Positions 16,516 through 23,782 of a stretch of 25,474 nt of DNA are shown one piece after another. The position numbers were made by a program, and so were the translations under genes. Source of the DNA: a virus (taxonomy: Duplodnaviria; Caudoviricetes); IMG/VR virus record IMGVR_UViG_3300008255_001971, positions 1 through 25,474 of that record; one strand, given 5' to 3'. The stretch's first letter is position 1; the number at the start of each line of letters is the position of its first letter. Under the pieces are notes generated by a model. It worked only from the letters and a program-made list of their open reading frames with translations, did not search any database and had not been told where the DNA came from.

Positions 16516-16674
16516 CTACATTACCTTGTAGAGCCACATAATTCCGCCACCGATCACGATAATGACCACCACGGCCATGAGGGCGGCCCGGTAGCTATCG
16601 CGCTGGCGTTCTACGTCGCTCGCGTCCTCGTGCTCGACGGGAGTAATTTCGTAGGGCTTAGGTTTCGTTTTCAT
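16516..16674 (-). CDS. Small membrane protein (52 aa)
   Basis: MKTKPKPYEITPVEHEDASDVERQRDSYRAALMAVVVIIVIGGGIMWLYKVM has one C-terminal TM and overlaps the end of the upstream minus-strand gene. Below the ORF track cutoff. Confidence 0.65.
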   Translation of the reverse strand: MKTKPKPYEITPVEHEDASDVERQRDSYRAALMAVVVIIVIGGGIMWLYKVM

Positions 16675-17086
16675 AGTCGAGCATAACGCAGTTTGGGGCC
16701 GGAAGCATTGGATGTGATAAATCCACCAGTGGGGTATGGTCGGAAATTATGCTAAAATCTCCGATAATGAGGACAGCACATGGATCCCGATTGAGGCGCA
16801 CATAGCTCGTAATGCTCATAACTCCCTTGATCGGGAGCATCACCTCGAACGTGAGAACGTCCTTAGAGTAGTGGGCAAACCAGTGCAACACTCGCGGAAT
16901 ATCAGAAGGTGACACCATTTCATGCCAGCGTGTCCCGGCGACCTGCGCCCACGTAGCGGGAGTTTCTGGAACATTACCCAACCATGCGGGTGAACGCCAT
17001 AAAAGTCCGGCGCTAGACGTAAACAGACAAGTCTTCTCAGTATTAAGATTTATGTTTTTCTGCGATACGGCGTAGGGCATTTGCAT
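16658..17086 (-). CDS. Stand-alone PAS-like domain protein
   Basis: CLFTSSAGLLWRSPAWLG...VAGTRWHEMVSPSDIPRVLHWF resembles the PAS_3 consensus (D..G...Y.SPAW...G..W...VHPDDR.RV), followed by three beta strands. Confidence 0.5.
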   Translation of the reverse strand: MQMPYAVSQKNINLNTEKTCLFTSSAGLLWRSPAWLGNVPETPATWAQVAGTRWHEMVSPSDIPRVLHWFAHYSKDVLTFEVMLPIKGVMSITSYVRLNRDPCAVLIIGDFSIISDHTPLVDLSHPMLPAPNCVMLDYENET

Positions 17087-17288
17087 GACTGTGTTTCAGT
17101 AGTTTCTTGGCGGCATCAATCAGTTCTTGAGATATGACTTCGCCTTGTGGGGTTTGCTTCATGTCCGCCACGATCAGTTTTGTCACTAATCCAGAAAAGT
17201 CCGTGTAGTGCGCTTCAACCGCGTGCAACTTCGCGGCGGCGTGCAGTGACTTGTCTATGGTGATATTAACGCGGTGAACCATTTTCAT
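17043..17288 (-). CDS. Ribbon-helix-helix transcriptional regulator (leftward)
   Basis: HRVNITIDKSLHAAAKLHA.....DFSGLVTKLIVADMK gives an alternating beta strand plus two helices, the Arc/CopG/MetJ pattern. Confidence 0.75.
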   Translation of the reverse strand: MKMVHRVNITIDKSLHAAAKLHAVEAHYTDFSGLVTKLIVADMKQTPQGEVISQELIDAAKKLLKHSHANALRRIAEKHKS

Positions 17289-17366
17289 TATGTAACATAC
17301 ACACGATACACATTAAGCAATCTTTTTCCTTGTGCGTGTGTATGGAAGGCATACTCAATACACCCC
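17289..17366. promoter_or_regulatory. Divergent promoter/operator region
   Basis: Perfect 10-bp inverted repeat CATACACACG (17296-17305) / CGTGTGTATG (17335-17344). Further ATACAC copies at 17306 and 17358 and ATACTC at 17351. Lies between divergent RHH genes. Confidence 0.7.
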
Positions 17367-17627
17367 ATGCCTAGACCCCGCTTGATGAACAACCCGCACC
17401 GGACTAATGTTTTGATGGAGCGAGAGCTGCATAAGCTGGCTACCAGGAAAGCATTCGAATTGGAGTTTCCGGGAGGATTCTCGGAATACGTTGCGCGGCT
17501 GGTTATTGCGGACATGAAGCGCGAAAAGAGCTTATCTTTGGAAAACGGGCGTTATATTTTTAACGCGGCTACTAAGAAAGAGAAGAAAACCCGCAAGGGG
17601 AGGAAGAGCGCGGGGGTGCAATCGTGA
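17367..17627 (+). CDS. Ribbon-helix-helix transcriptional regulator (rightward), paralog of 17043-17288
   Basis: Start moved to ATG 17367. HRTNVLMERELHKLATRKAFELEFPGGFSEYVARLVIADMK aligns with the leftward RHH. Basic C-terminal tail. Confidence 0.75.
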   Translation: MPRPRLMNNPHRTNVLMERELHKLATRKAFELEFPGGFSEYVARLVIADMKREKSLSLENGRYIFNAATKKEKKTRKGRKSAGVQS

Positions 17628-17800
17628 GCCCTGAGCAACAAAAGCAGGAGGCTATTTTTGAGGAACTGATTGATTTCTGGATGGCAAGCGCGGGCGTGTT
17701 CCGGTTGTCAACCGACAAGGAGCGTTCCGAGGTTGGCGGGAAGATGAAGGACTGGCTCGGGGCGAACTGCGAGAAGATCAAAAAGGAGATTCTTAAATGA
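17624..17800 (+). CDS. Hypothetical protein (58 aa)
   Basis: GTGA overlap at the start and ATGA overlap at the end. MSPEQQKQEAIFEELIDFWMASAGVFRLSTDKERSEVGGKMKDWLGANCEKIKKEILK. Not in the ORF track. Confidence 0.65.
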   Translation: MSPEQQKQEAIFEELIDFWMASAGVFRLSTDKERSEVGGKMKDWLGANCEKIKKEILK

Positions 17801-18087
17801 GTGAACCTATCAATGACGGTGGGCCAGCGTTTCCCGTTGCATCCGAACGCACCCCAACTGGCGAGTATCAACGGGGATTCAACGGCATGACCCTGCGGGA
17901 CTACCTAGCTGGTCAGGCTATCACGGGATGCATAATTCATCATTGGAAAATCTCTAAGCGCGATGAAGACGCCAGTGAAATGAGTTATTTTAACAGAGAC
18001 GGTGAAACAACCGTATGCGCGGAAATGGTTGCGGAAGATGCCTACGCAATTGCCGATGCCATGATTGCACGGAGGGCGGAGCGATGA
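17797..18087 (+). CDS. Conserved phage early protein (GGPAFP...GMTLRDY...AY.IADAM family)
   Basis: Recognisable, widespread phage motif set. Function unknown. Confidence 0.8.
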   Translation: MSEPINDGGPAFPVASERTPTGEYQRGFNGMTLRDYLAGQAITGCIIHHWKISKRDEDASEMSYFNRDGETTVCAEMVAEDAYAIADAMIARRAER

Positions 18088-18449
18088 CCGGCGCACAGAT
18101 GGGATTTACCTTCCCCGTGGGGCAGGGCGTGGCGCGGGCTCGAAAACGTGGCTACATCGCGGCGCAAGCGTGCGCAGACGCAGCGGACAGGCGCGACCCG
18201 AATTGGACCGAGCAGGCGTTTCGGGCATTCAAGGACTTTATCAATCTGTTCCCGGAACGGAAATTCACCACCGAGGACGTGCGTTTGGCTGCGGTCAACA
18301 GCGTGCCTCCGCCGAAGGATGGGCGGGCTTGGGGACAGATCGTGCTCAAGGCGAAGCGCGAGGGGCTTATCAAGCCTGTTGGCTATCGTGGCGTAGAGTC
18401 ATCGAACGGGAGCCCCAAGGTGCTTTGGCAGAGAGCCCAGCTAATTTAA
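18084..18449 (+). CDS. Conserved phage hypothetical protein (possibly winged-helix-like)
   Basis: Start moved to ATG 18084 (ATGA overlap). FTTEDVR....PPP.DGRAWG......A.REGLI..VGY pattern is seen in phage early genes. Confidence 0.7.
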   Translation: MTGAQMGFTFPVGQGVARARKRGYIAAQACADAADRRDPNWTEQAFRAFKDFINLFPERKFTTEDVRLAAVNSVPPPKDGRAWGQIVLKAKREGLIKPVGYRGVESSNGSPKVLWQRAQLI

Positions 18450-18458
18450 CCCCTTACC

Positions 18459-19811
18459 ATGTCAAAAATCATATCCCTCGAATCCTCTAACGTGAAGCGG
18501 CTGCGTGCCGTTCGCATCACCCCGCAAGGCAGCGTCGTCATTATTGGCGGCGACAATGAACAAGGCAAAACCAGTGTGCTCGACAGCATTGCAATGCTCT
18601 TTGGCGGCAAGAACGAAGTGCCGATTAAGCCGGTGCGGGATGGCGAGGCGAAAGCCCAGATCATTGCGAAGCTGGATAATGGCCTTATAGTGAAGCGGAC
18701 ATTCACGGCGGCGGGAGGCACTGCGTTGATTGTGGAGAGCGCGGACGGAGCCCGGTATCCTTCCCCGCAATCCATGCTGGATGCTCTGACAGGCAAGCTG
18801 ATGTTCGACCCGTTGGCGTTCACGCGCTACGACTCATCGAAGCAGAAGGCGGCTTTGCAAATGCTGGTTGGACTGAATTTGCAACTGATAGACGACAAGC
18901 GGAAGACTATCTACCAGGAGCGAACTGCGGTAAACAAACAGGCGGCTGAAATGCGGATAAAGGCGGAGGCGATGCCGTTCAGCTTCGGACTGCCGGAGGT
19001 ATCAATTGATACCAGTGCGATTTTGACGGAGTTGGAGCAGGCGCAGAAGCACAACGCGGGAAAGGCGAATCTTGAGGAAGCCATACGCAACAAACAATCG
19101 TCGCTTAACGATCAAAAGGAGAAAACCGCCATGCTTAGGCGTAGGGTTTTAGACCTCGAAGAAGAGTTGCGAAAGGTGCGGGAAATGATTGGCCCGCAAG
19201 AAGCAATCGAAAGGAGCGTAGCAGCCGAGCACGACGCAGCTATTGCAGCGGACTTTGCATTCAAGCCCATCGACGAAGCTCCCTTGAGGAAGTCACTGGC
19301 CGGGGCGACGGAGACGAATCAACACATACAGGAGAACCAAGCGCGGGCAAAGGCACTGGCTGAATTGAAGGCGAAGACGGACCAAGCAAACGAACTCACC
19401 GAGCAGATTGAGCGGATCGACGCGGAGAAAGCGGAGAAGCTGGCGGCAACTCCGTTCCCCATCGAAGGGCTTGGATTCTCGGAGGACGGTGTGACTTTTA
19501 ACGGCATTCCCTTCAGTCAGGCAAGCGCGGCGCAGCAATTGCGGGTATCAGTGGCGATGGGTGCGGCACTCAATCCCAAGCTCCGCGTTATGCTGGTGCG
19601 GGACGGTTCCCTTCTGGATCCCAAGAGCCTCACCCTGCTTACGGAACTGGCAGACAAGCACGATTTGCAGGTCTTCGTCGAGAGGGTTGGGAGCGGAGAC
19701 GCTTCGGCAATCATTATCGAAGATGGCGCAGTGCAAGGGGCGGAAATTGCTCCCGAGCCGGAAGCCAAGAGCGAACCCGAACCGCAAACAGAAGATACGG
19801 TAACTTTCTAA
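18459..19811 (+). CDS. SMC/RecN/SbcC-like AAA ATPase
   Basis: N-terminal IISLESSNVKRL, Walker A GDNEQGKTS, a long coiled coil, signature-like SQASAAQQ and Walker B-like MLVRDGSLLD. Confidence 0.88.
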   Translation: MSKIISLESSNVKRLRAVRITPQGSVVIIGGDNEQGKTSVLDSIAMLFGGKNEVPIKPVRDGEAKAQIIAKLDNGLIVKRTFTAAGGTALIVESADGARYPSPQSMLDALTGKLMFDPLAFTRYDSSKQKAALQMLVGLNLQLIDDKRKTIYQERTAVNKQAAEMRIKAEAMPFSFGLPEVSIDTSAILTELEQAQKHNAGKANLEEAIRNKQSSLNDQKEKTAMLRRRVLDLEEELRKVREMIGPQEAIERSVAAEHDAAIAADFAFKPIDEAPLRKSLAGATETNQHIQENQARAKALAELKAKTDQANELTEQIERIDAEKAEKLAATPFPIEGLGFSEDGVTFNGIPFSQASAAQQLRVSVAMGAALNPKLRVMLVRDGSLLDPKSLTLLTELADKHDLQVFVERVGSGDASAIIIEDGAVQGAEIAPEPEAKSEPEPQTEDTVTF

Positions 19812-19813
19812 CC

Positions 19814-20158
19814 ATGTCCCTCCCCAAAGATAAGCGGGCGAAAGCTCTGCACGCACTCAAGGAAGCCGAGGAATACATTTCCGGAGGCGCGGAGGTTATC
19901 AGCGACGAGGCAATGGCACTTGTTGATATGCTCAAGCGCGAGGGTGAAGCGATCAAGCAGGCCGGGACTGCGCTGGTGCTGGCTCTCATCAAGGACGAAT
20001 ACACCCCGGCTGAACTGTTTAAGCCGTGGGCGAGCGTGAAGCGCATCCGGCAATGGCGTGATGACCCGGCTATTCGGTTGGATGTGCAAGTGATGCACGG
20101 GCGTTGCTGCGTGAAGCCGAGCGCATTTTTCAAGCACTGGAACACCCTGAAAAACTAA
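19814..20158 (+). CDS. Hypothetical protein with C-terminal Xis/MerR-like HTH
   Basis: YTPAEL....ASVKRIRQWRDD...RL......GRCCVKPSAF resembles the excisionase-type winged HTH. Confidence 0.5.
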   Translation: MSLPKDKRAKALHALKEAEEYISGGAEVISDEAMALVDMLKREGEAIKQAGTALVLALIKDEYTPAELFKPWASVKRIRQWRDDPAIRLDVQVMHGRCCVKPSAFFKHWNTLKN

Positions 20159-20162
20159 CAAT

Positions 20163-20396
20163 ATGATACTGAACGAAGAAGCAATTAAAGCCCGTGAAGC
20201 CCGCATTGCAGCACTGCGTAAGCGATATAACGAACTGCGCGAGTTCATGCGTAAAAATTCATGGAATCGGAAGCACACGGCAGGCGCAAAGCTACGCGAA
20301 CTCGGATTCTCTCGGATTCCCGGACTCCATGATCGCGTTAAGCGGGCAAGACCTCTCACGCCAACGCAGTTCTATCGCGTCAGCCCTCCAGTCTGA
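20163..20396 (+). CDS. Small basic hypothetical protein
   Basis: 77-aa Arg/Lys-rich ORF in the operon, 4 nt after the upstream stop. Confidence 0.5.
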   Translation: MILNEEAIKAREARIAALRKRYNELREFMRKNSWNRKHTAGAKLRELGFSRIPGLHDRVKRARPLTPTQFYRVSPPV

Positions 20397-20404
20397 CCCC
20401 CCTT

Positions 20405-20507
20405 CCAGCCGTGGCACTTACGCCGACACCTCACAAGACATTACGTTGGCGCGTAGTTCATGTGGTGTTTGCCCTACCAAATAGGGCGGCGGCTGGTCCC
20501 TTTTTTT
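20405..20507 (+). terminator. Multi-stem RNA structure with U-tract (terminator-like or cis-regulatory RNA)
   Basis: CCAGCCG (20405-11) pairs with CGGCTGG (20490-96). Inner stems are CGCCGAC/GTTGGCG and GCCCTA/TAGGGC. T7 follows at 20501-07. Confidence 0.45.
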
Positions 20508-20525
20508 CGCAACCCATAAACCTAA

Positions 20526-20753
20526 ATGGACTTCAAGCCCACAGATATAACTAGATTTCTGTCTAAGATTAACAAAACATCCAGAAAGTCCTCTTGTTGG
20601 CTTTGGACGGGATGGAGGGATGTTGATGGATACGGCGGTATATCTATCGGGAGGAAATGTGTTAGGGCGCACCGAATGGCCTATGAGTTAAGCAAAGGAC
20701 CAATCGGAATCGGCAAGATTGTAAGCCGCCGATCATGGAGACACATCGCGTAG
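20526..20753 (+). pseudogene. Internally deleted HNH homing endonuclease remnant
   Basis: Keeps the N-terminal RF.SKI....CWLWTG...DGYG......AHR.AYEL.KGPI and the C-terminal IV.RR.WRHI, but lacks the intervening H.CD...CVNP.HL catalytic core. Confidence 0.75.
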
Positions 20754-20790
20754 AATTTCATCCGTATAACCACCAACCATAAAACATATC

Positions 20791-21687
20791 ATGTCTAAAA
20801 CAGAAACTAGCCTAGCCTTGCTCGACGAAAAGATTGCAGCACTGGATGCGTTTGCCGAAGAGAACAATCTTACCACATTAACGCACGGTGCTGGCGCATT
20901 TGCAGCAGCGATTAACGTGGCCAACGCTATCGACCAATTAAAAGCCATGCTCTCGAAGGAGGTTATGGCCCCCATAATGAAACTCCAGGGAAGCTCTTTA
21001 GGGTTTCGCACCGACAAAGACCAAGCCGGAGGCTATCCCGAAGAGGTAGTAAGGGAGGCATTCATTGAGGCAACGCTTCGCGGATTCAAGCCTGTTGGCA
21101 ATGAAATGAACATTCTCGCCGGACGTGCGTATTACACGAAAGAAGGATTTGAAGGTTCCCTTATTCGCCTTTCCAGAAAGGGGCTAATATCCGACTATTG
21201 GGACGACTATTCTATTCCTAAGATCGTTTCCGAGAACGAGGCGGTTGTTACTGCATCGGCGTCGTGGAAATGCAATGGAGTCGTGGGAAAGATCGAAAAC
21301 GCTCAGTTTTCTATCAAGGTCAACCGAGGGATGGGCGCGGACGGCATTATCGGAAAGGCGAAACGTAAGCTCAAGGCTCGGGTTTATGAGCGCGTTACAG
21401 GCATTGCGGCAACCGAGGGCGATGCTAATGACGCCATCGAGACGACAGCCACTCGTATAGCGTCTGGAAGCGCAGCGGAACAAACCACCGTAGAATCACT
21501 CTCCGACGAGCAGAAGCAATTGCTGACCGAGGCATTGGAGCCCCACGCGGAGAAGGTGAATGCGTTCCTGGTGAAGCAAAATGCGATCAAGGAGGGCGGA
21601 ACCTATTTGGATGTGAGCGGCAAGCTCGCGACTCGAATTCTTGGGAAGACGAAAGACTTCCTGAAAGCGGCGGGTGTTGAGAGCTAA
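20791..21687 (+). CDS. Putative recombination/single-strand annealing protein (RecT/Bet-like)
   Basis: EATLRGFKPVGNEMNILAGRAYYTKEGF resembles the RecT-like GL.P......G..Y....G pattern. Located in a recombination module near the SMC-like ATPase. The family call is tentative. Confidence 0.5.
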   Translation: MSKTETSLALLDEKIAALDAFAEENNLTTLTHGAGAFAAAINVANAIDQLKAMLSKEVMAPIMKLQGSSLGFRTDKDQAGGYPEEVVREAFIEATLRGFKPVGNEMNILAGRAYYTKEGFEGSLIRLSRKGLISDYWDDYSIPKIVSENEAVVTASASWKCNGVVGKIENAQFSIKVNRGMGADGIIGKAKRKLKARVYERVTGIAATEGDANDAIETTATRIASGSAAEQTTVESLSDEQKQLLTEALEPHAEKVNAFLVKQNAIKEGGTYLDVSGKLATRILGKTKDFLKAAGVES

Positions 21688-21729
21688 ACAGCCCCGAAAC
21701 CACAACCACACAACCCAGTAAATAAAGTT

Positions 21730-22149
21730 ATGCCTCCATCAATCAAGGACGGGGTAGAGAAACAAGCCCCAGCCGGAACATTTGTCAAAACCATCGCGGC
21801 GATGAACGACAACCAAGTAGTCAATGACTTGGATGACGCACTGCGCGATGCAACACGGGCGGCAATCATGTCGTCGCAGAAGTCAAAGATTGTCCTCGAA
21901 CTGACGATCATCCCGAACGGCACAGGAGCCGGGGATACCCCGTTGGTGAAGATCACCGACAAAATCAAAGTCAGCCTGCCCAAACCGGCACGGGTGAAGG
22001 AACCCGTATTCTTTGCGGACGATGAGTTCAACCCCACCCGGCGCAATCCCAACCAGGAAGAAATGCGCCTTGAGTCCATCGAGGGCGGACTGAACTCGAA
22101 GCCCCAGCAAACGGAGGTTGAGGCGAAAGTCTCCGCCTCTGGCAAGTAA
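21730..22149 (+). CDS. Conserved phage protein, the usual upstream partner of DUF2303
   Basis: LDDALRDA..A.....KSKIVLELTI.P.....KIKVSLPKP......FF.D...NPTRRNPNQ pattern, directly upstream of DUF2303. Confidence 0.7.
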   Translation: MPPSIKDGVEKQAPAGTFVKTIAAMNDNQVVNDLDDALRDATRAAIMSSQKSKIVLELTIIPNGTGAGDTPLVKITDKIKVSLPKPARVKEPVFFADDEFNPTRRNPNQEEMRLESIEGGLNSKPQQTEVEAKVSASGK

Positions 22150-22185
22150 TCTACCCAGTCCAACCACAACCCATAAATCAGTATT

Positions 22186-23052
22186 ATGTCACGAGACGAA
22201 TCAGGGGCGGAAGCCCCGCATATTATCGCGGTAGCTCGCGAAGCAGAAGCGGCCCAAAAACCGCAAATAATCAAGGTGGGAGCCCTACAACTCCTGTCTT
22301 TCCCCAACGGGAGCCTGTTCCCATTGGAAAAGTATGAGGACGCGCCCCGGCGCAAACGCGCAAGCGTTCACCTGTATGAGACGAAGAGTTTCATCGAGTA
22401 TGTGAACGGGCACAAGATCGACGGGCAAACGCACCTGTTTGGCACGGCAACGGAGACGGGGGGTTCGATTACCGCCGTTTTCGACTTCCACAAGACCGGC
22501 GTATTGAATGCCGGGACCGGGGAACACGTTGCCGTCTTGCGGCTCGAATCCACCCCTGAGTGGAATCGCTGGATCCAGAACAACCGGAAGCTGCTCACGC
22601 AGGAAGGGTTCTCGGAGTTCGTGGAAGAGAACCTTGCAGACATTGTTTCTCCGGATGGGGCGGAAGTGCTGGAAATGGCGCAACTGCTTCAAGCGAAGAA
22701 GACGGTCAGCTTCAAATCCGGCAAGAACCTACGCGATGGGAGCATTCAACTGGAATACGTTGAAACCATCGAGCAGGCGGGCGGTGGAGCGAATCGGCAT
22801 GACGATGTGATGAAGTTGCCCGACGCAATTAGTATATTCGTGGTTCCCTTCGTTGGGTCAGAACCAATCACGATCAATGCCCGGTTGCGCTTCCGTATCG
22901 GGAATGACGGGAAGCTAAGTTTCCAATATGTGATGAACAGACCGCACGAGGTAATTAAAAAAGCCTTCGATTCGGCCCGTGCATCCATCGAGGCGACTAC
23001 CTCAATTCCGGTGCTGCTCGGTGACGGGAAGATCAACGCTCCCAGTTACTAA
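22186..23052 (+). CDS. DUF2303 (YfdQ-like) family phage protein
   Basis: Motifs LEKYEDAPRRKR, SFIEYVN, AVFDFH, EWNRW, QEGFSEFVEENLADI and ARLRFRI. Confidence 0.85.
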   Translation: MSRDESGAEAPHIIAVAREAEAAQKPQIIKVGALQLLSFPNGSLFPLEKYEDAPRRKRASVHLYETKSFIEYVNGHKIDGQTHLFGTATETGGSITAVFDFHKTGVLNAGTGEHVAVLRLESTPEWNRWIQNNRKLLTQEGFSEFVEENLADIVSPDGAEVLEMAQLLQAKKTVSFKSGKNLRDGSIQLEYVETIEQAGGGANRHDDVMKLPDAISIFVVPFVGSEPITINARLRFRIGNDGKLSFQYVMNRPHEVIKKAFDSARASIEATTSIPVLLGDGKINAPSY

Positions 23053-23067
23053 CCCTACCCCAGCACC

Positions 23068-23223
23068 ATGAAACAACGGCGCGAGATTGACGGAGAAGCG
23101 ATGTGGAATGCGAAGCAAGCGAAGGCGGCGCATGCTGCCAATGTGCGGTTAGCGAAGGCAACATTCCTATGTTTCTTCGTCAGTCTCGTCGCCCTTTTGG
23201 TCTTGTTCAAGTGTGCGCAATGA
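23068..23223 (+). CDS. Small membrane protein (51 aa)
   Basis: MKQRREIDGEAMWNAKQAKAAHAANVRLAKATFLCFFVSLVALLVLFKCAQ has a C-terminal TM and an ATGA overlap with the next gene. Not in the ORF track. Confidence 0.6.
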   Translation: MKQRREIDGEAMWNAKQAKAAHAANVRLAKATFLCFFVSLVALLVLFKCAQ

Positions 23224-23456
23224 AGACGGCGCACTTTCAGGACATAGAGCGAGACGGCGAAACGATCACCGTAGAAGTGGTGATTAAGTGGACCTACGAC
23301 GAAGGGCAATACGTTGAACAAGGGCACCCATGCAACGGCGAAGGAGCCGGATGGTATGCGGACCACGTTAAAGCCTTCGGAGTCTGCGGACAACCCTACG
23401 AACTGACAGACAGCGAATACGAATACGCGCAAGAACGCGCACAGTCCCAATTTTAA
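23220..23456 (+). CDS. Small acidic hypothetical protein
   Basis: Start moved to ATG 23220 (ATGA overlap). 78 aa, MKTAHFQDIERDGETITVEV... Confidence 0.6.
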   Translation: MKTAHFQDIERDGETITVEVVIKWTYDEGQYVEQGHPCNGEGAGWYADHVKAFGVCGQPYELTDSEYEYAQERAQSQF

Positions 23457-23458
23457 TC

Positions 23459-23782
23459 ATGTCAAGCAACACACCCAAATATAAGCCGACACTACGGCCA
23501 CTCCCGAAGCCCATCCGTTTTATTACGCGGGGATTCGTCTATCGTCAGTTCACTTGGACGGAACGCTTTCAAGTTCTGCTTGGGTTCCGCCTCCTGGTGG
23601 AAATCCAATACTGCTCGGAACACAATCCCGGCCAAACGCAGCCGATCACGAAGTTCCACATGACTGACAAGGTGACGCAGGCCAGTGCCATGCTCGAACT
23701 GCGGGCACAGAATGAGAAGGAGCAGGCGGCAAAGGGAGTGATGGCAAACACCATTCCGGACTCGGACAAGGAGGCGAAATGA
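23459..23782 (+). CDS. Hypothetical protein
   Basis: 107-aa ORF tightly coupled to both neighbours. Confidence 0.65.
   Translation: MSSNTPKYKPTLRPLPKPIRFITRGFVYRQFTWTERFQVLLGFRLLVEIQYCSEHNPGQTQPITKFHMTDKVTQASAMLELRAQNEKEQAAKGVMANTIPDSDKEAK

Noticed and set aside
16468-16686. 72-aa plus-strand His-rich ORF
   Set aside because: It is better explained as the reverse complement of the Val/Ile-rich TM ORF at 16516-16674 on the minus strand.
17043-17627. Toxin-antitoxin module (RHH antitoxin)
   Set aside because: No adjacent ORF shows RelE/ParE, PIN, MazF or GNAT features, and the two RHH genes are divergent paralogs heading separate operons.
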